From NCBI GenBank assembly GCA_965218695.1, contig OZ244651.1, forward strand, positions 1,504,001 to 1,568,000: 64,000 bases of DNA, written 5' to 3'. Both the position numbers and the translations under genes were made by a program. Positions 61,077-64,000 of this stretch are shown here, one piece after another. Positions within the stretch are counted from its first letter, which is position 1. Each line of letters opens with the position of its first letter. Source of the stretch: Nitrosopumilus sp. GTDB lineage: Archaea > Thermoproteota > Nitrososphaeria > Nitrososphaerales > Nitrosopumilaceae. The notes beneath the pieces are model-generated. The model saw only the letters and a program-made list of their open reading frames with translations. It was not told the origin of the DNA and ran no database searches.

Positions 61077-61123
61077 GGCTCTGTTAAATTCTAGTGATCG
61101 GATCACTAAAATCTACCAGAGCC
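61077..61123. repeat. 47-bp palindrome made of two abutted IS6-type ends
   Basis: GGCTCTGTTAAATTCTAGTGATC-G-GATCACTAAAATCTACCAGAGCC. Confidence 0.65.
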
Positions 61124-61370
61124 ACGGTAATTGGTAATAAGGACATGATCCAGTTTGCAGTAGATTCCACAAGCCTCAAGTAGCACAACAGGGGGAGTGG
61201 CTGAGGCAAAAATAGAAGATACGACACGGATTCGTAAGGATGCACGTCTTAGTGGATGTTGACACGAGAAAGATGCTAGCCGTCTGGGTAACTAACAACC
61301 GGACGGAAGATTCAACCATGCTCATTCTGTTGCTTGATGATGCTCTAGATAATTACGTGTGCTAGTACAC

Positions 61371-62846
61371 TAGAAAATATGCGTAATCCAGATTTTTTTC
61401 AAACTCCGCGTTGACATGTTAGCCCTGCTGTCAAAAATTTATGATCCATCCAATTAAAACCAAAATATGCCGGTTCATACTGTTGTCGAATCAGAAAACA
61501 AGCGACCTGCAAAAAGAGAATAAGGCTCTCAGAGACATAATCAAGCGCCAGGACGCAGCTGCCAGGCACGAGCAAAGCCTGTGGCGCACACGGGACGGTT
61601 CCGAATCCGGAGCCGCAGGAGAGCCCGCCCTGTTGCACCGCGTGGAGGTGCTTGACGACATCATCAGAGTCGAGAAAAATCTTCATGACGCGACGCTGAA
61701 GTGCAGGGAACAGTTCCAATACATACTTGACAGGGCCGAGGCGTGGATAAGGCAAAGCGGCAAATCCCCACTCTTCAGGAATGACGAGACGAGGGCATCG
61801 GATCCCGGGAACCGCTGCAAGCTGTACCCAAGGCACGCGCTGCTCATGTCACTGATGTACAAAAAGGGCAACCCCACGCAGGGCGTGCTTGCGGCATTCT
61901 TTGGAATAGACCAGGCAACCGTGTCCCGGTATATCGATGTACTAGACGAGGTGCTTGACGTGGCGCTGCCCACTGCTGCCAACATCTCAAAGGAGATGGC
62001 AGACACGGAGACAAAAGAGGATCTCAAAAAAATAATTTCCGGACCTGACGGGGGCATCATGATGATCGACGGCACGCACTGCCCCATACAGAGGCCGGAC
62101 GAAAAACAGATGAGAAGCATGATGTATTCTGGCAAGAAGAAAAAGTTCACCCTCAATACCACCGTGTGCATAAACGAAAACGGGGTGATAGTCGCCATAT
62201 CCGACAGCACCGTGGGATCCGTCCACGACATCACGCTTCTCAGGGAGAGCCCGCTGCCATTTGGAAAGTGGTGGGACCGCATGTGCGACGAGAACACCCC
62301 CGAAGAGGACAGGGTCCACACCCTTACTGACCGCGGTTACAAGGGAATCGCAAAGGATATGCCCGGTACAAACACCCTGCAGCCGCACAAGAAGACCAAG
62401 AACCACAAGCGCTTTACAAAGGAGGAAAAAGAACACAACCACAAAATCAATTCCGCCCGGGTAAAGGTAGAGCACTCCATTGGCAGGCTGAAGCGGTACG
62501 GCCGGCTTACCGCGCCATACAAGGGAAAGATTGGCGACTTTAACAGGGAATTTAACATAATAACCGGGCTTGTAAACCTGGACCTCGTGTGGAACTACCT
62601 GGAGAAGGGACCCCCTTCAGGCGGCAATCTGGGGCCGGTAATAAACTGGGAACAGGCAAACGTCCCCGGCAGCGCCGTTTCAAACAATTAATTCCGTGCA
62701 CATCGCGGTGCTGCAAGGCTGCGCACGTTATTTCGCATTTCGGGCAGGACGGGTTCGCACACGCTTGACATGACGGGAATTAAATCAGAATTTTTAACAT
62801 TTTCCGGTTTAATTCAGCGAAATGGAGGGATTACGCATAGTTTCTA
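61371..62846 (+). mobile_element. IS5-family ISL2/DDE_Tnp_4-like element, copy 2
   Basis: Same TIRs and length (1476 bp including TA) as 30877-32352, opposite orientation. Confidence 0.9.
61441..62691 (+). CDS. DDE_Tnp_4-like transposase
   Basis: Protein identical to 31032-32282 in the ORF track. Confidence 0.9.
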   Translation: MIHPIKTKICRFILLSNQKTSDLQKENKALRDIIKRQDAAARHEQSLWRTRDGSESGAAGEPALLHRVEVLDDIIRVEKNLHDATLKCREQFQYILDRAEAWIRQSGKSPLFRNDETRASDPGNRCKLYPRHALLMSLMYKKGNPTQGVLAAFFGIDQATVSRYIDVLDEVLDVALPTAANISKEMADTETKEDLKKIISGPDGGIMMIDGTHCPIQRPDEKQMRSMMYSGKKKKFTLNTTVCINENGVIVAISDSTVGSVHDITLLRESPLPFGKWWDRMCDENTPEEDRVHTLTDRGYKGIAKDMPGTNTLQPHKKTKNHKRFTKEEKEHNHKINSARVKVEHSIGRLKRYGRLTAPYKGKIGDFNREFNIITGLVNLDLVWNYLEKGPPSGGNLGPVINWEQANVPGSAVSNN

Positions 62847-62944
62847 CTATATCAGAATCCAGTCATGTTGACAATTCCGCAAAATGTTCTACGTTTGGCG
62901 ATGTCGCCTATGTCTCTCGAAACAACATAAAAGCATGCAGGGAA

Positions 62945-63138
62945 TCCCAGTACGCCACCCATCTAACTTAACACCACCCATCTAACCACTCTGTTAATTC
63001 TTCGGGTGTTTTCCCCAGACCGGATCGGTTGTTAACTTAGGGCGGTACGTCTCACAATTTTAGGGTGACATTACCAGATTGAGCCGAGTGTTAACTTAGG
63101 GTGGTGGAATGTTAACTTAGGGTGGCAACGTACTGGGA
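62945..63138. mobile_element. ~190-bp MITE-like element with subterminal repeats
   Basis: 10-bp IR TCCCAGTACG/CGTACTGGGA; CCACCCATCTAAC x2 on the left and TGTTAACTTAGGG x3 on the right. Confidence 0.55.
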
Positions 63139-63257
63139 AGGCACATGGTGTCTTCCCAACACCTAATGGCAAACTGATGCATGTCCTCATGTCCCAGTAT
63201 GTCCACGACCTCAAACGCCGCTTTGATGCACTGAGACGTGCCCAACAGGGTACGCGT

Positions 63258-64000
63258 CTATTCCATATCGGACTCTTCAGAGGTATCGTTGACCAGATCC
63301 GGCTGAGGCCGCTGGTCTTCTTCTCGTTTGATTATCCTCTTCTCGATCTCCTTGCTCAGTAGTTTGGAACGCTTCGTTAGGAAAGTGTCATATTTGTCGG
63401 ACTCGACGCCAAACTTGTCAAGATCCCCTATCAGATGTGTTTTCATGGTGCTGGCAATATGGGGGTTTTTTTCCTTGAATTCGGCCATGTAGTCGGAGGG
63501 CGCACGGTCCCGTATACTTCTCTTGTTTAGGAAGTCATCCACGATGGTGATGTTAAGAACGTGATTGATTTTTTCGTCTTCCATATCCATCTTCTTCAGG
63601 TACGCCTTGGGGAAGAAGTGGTGGTAGTTCTTGCTGTTTGCCTGTTTGAGCCATGTGTTGTCGATGTTGACTAGGCTGTTGTTATCGAAGGATTTTGGTT
63701 GGTTGTACGCGTATATGCAGAGAATTGCTTTGATGTAGCTCCTTCCGACACTGAAGCGTCCATTTCGGTGGATAAAGTCTACCGAGGTATCTATTGGCCA
63801 GTCGTACGTTGGAAGCTCGCCGTCCAGTATCCTATCTACGTGTTTCACGTCCTGCGCAAGCTTGGTTTCAACGCCAGAGGAGTACCTTGCGGACAGCGAG
63901 ACCCTCCAGAAAAAATCGTCCAAATATCTTTGCTTGTCCCCATATGGCCTGCCTTCGTGTTTGAAAAAGAAATACGCGAGCGGTACAATCAGAGTCTTGT
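63258..64000 (-). CDS. C-terminal part of a GmrSD/DUF262-DUF1524-like protein (runs off the window)
   Basis: FFWR..LS.RYS...ET, HHFFPK, N..LNI......NK..I..RAPSDY (HNH-like) motifs. Confidence 0.7.
   Translation of the reverse strand, partial: KTLIVPLAYFFFKHEGRPYGDKQRYLDDFFWRVSLSARYSSGVETKLAQDVKHVDRILDGELPTYDWPIDTSVDFIHRNGRFSVGRSYIKAILCIYAYNQPKSFDNNSLVNIDNTWLKQANSKNYHHFFPKAYLKKMDMEDEKINHVLNITIVDDFLNKRSIRDRAPSDYMAEFKEKNPHIASTMKTHLIGDLDKFGVESDKYDTFLTKRSKLLSKEIEKRIIKREEDQRPQPDLVNDTSEESDME

Larger units (their letters stand above)
61142..62945 (+). pseudogene. Degraded IS5-family transposase interrupted by the DDE_Tnp_4 element
   Basis: FAVDSTSLK*HNR-EWLRQK*KIRHGFVRMHVLVDVDTRKMLA...DSTML before 61371; FGDVAYVSRNN after 62846. 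Confidence 0.7.

Overview
This window comes from an ammonia-oxidising archaeon (Nitrososphaerota/Thaumarchaeota, Nitrosopumilaceae-like). The assignment rests on gene content and order plus lineage-typical domains: a CFI-box-CTERM cupredoxin and the 'IP.W.K....WW..G.I.D..F' repeat. The first ~23 kb is mostly core genome: pus10, srp54, dph6, aIF5A, aIF1A, csp, scpAB, rps8e-srp19-gar1-tfb, sufC, a heme cluster (cld-like, ahbAB, sirC, hemA, hemB), SSB, and two intron-containing tRNAs. The rest carries ppdK, tpiA, polB, dCMP deaminase, a Hef-like helicase and asd inside an extreme insertion-sequence burst. By hand I count 14 apparently complete transposase-encoding elements (ISH3 x3, IS5-like x3, DDE_Tnp_4/ISL2-like x3, IS66-like x3, IS3, IS6-like), several MITEs and remnants; together these are roughly one third of the window. 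Most have readable terminal inverted repeats (TIRs) and target-site duplications (TSDs). Three host genes are split by insertions yet rejoin perfectly in frame: a PAS-PAS histidine kinase, a parvulin and a cupredoxin. The most unusual items are: an IS66 plus a 92-bp MITE plus an IS5 stacked in a 12-bp site; an IS that duplicated the start codon of another IS; an internally deleted tnpB-like element that keeps a structured 3' end; a family of IS6-ended MITEs with subterminal repeat arrays; and recurrent CAG/CTG trinucleotide expansions. No CRISPR array or rRNA was seen. All family assignments come from motif recognition, not database searches.
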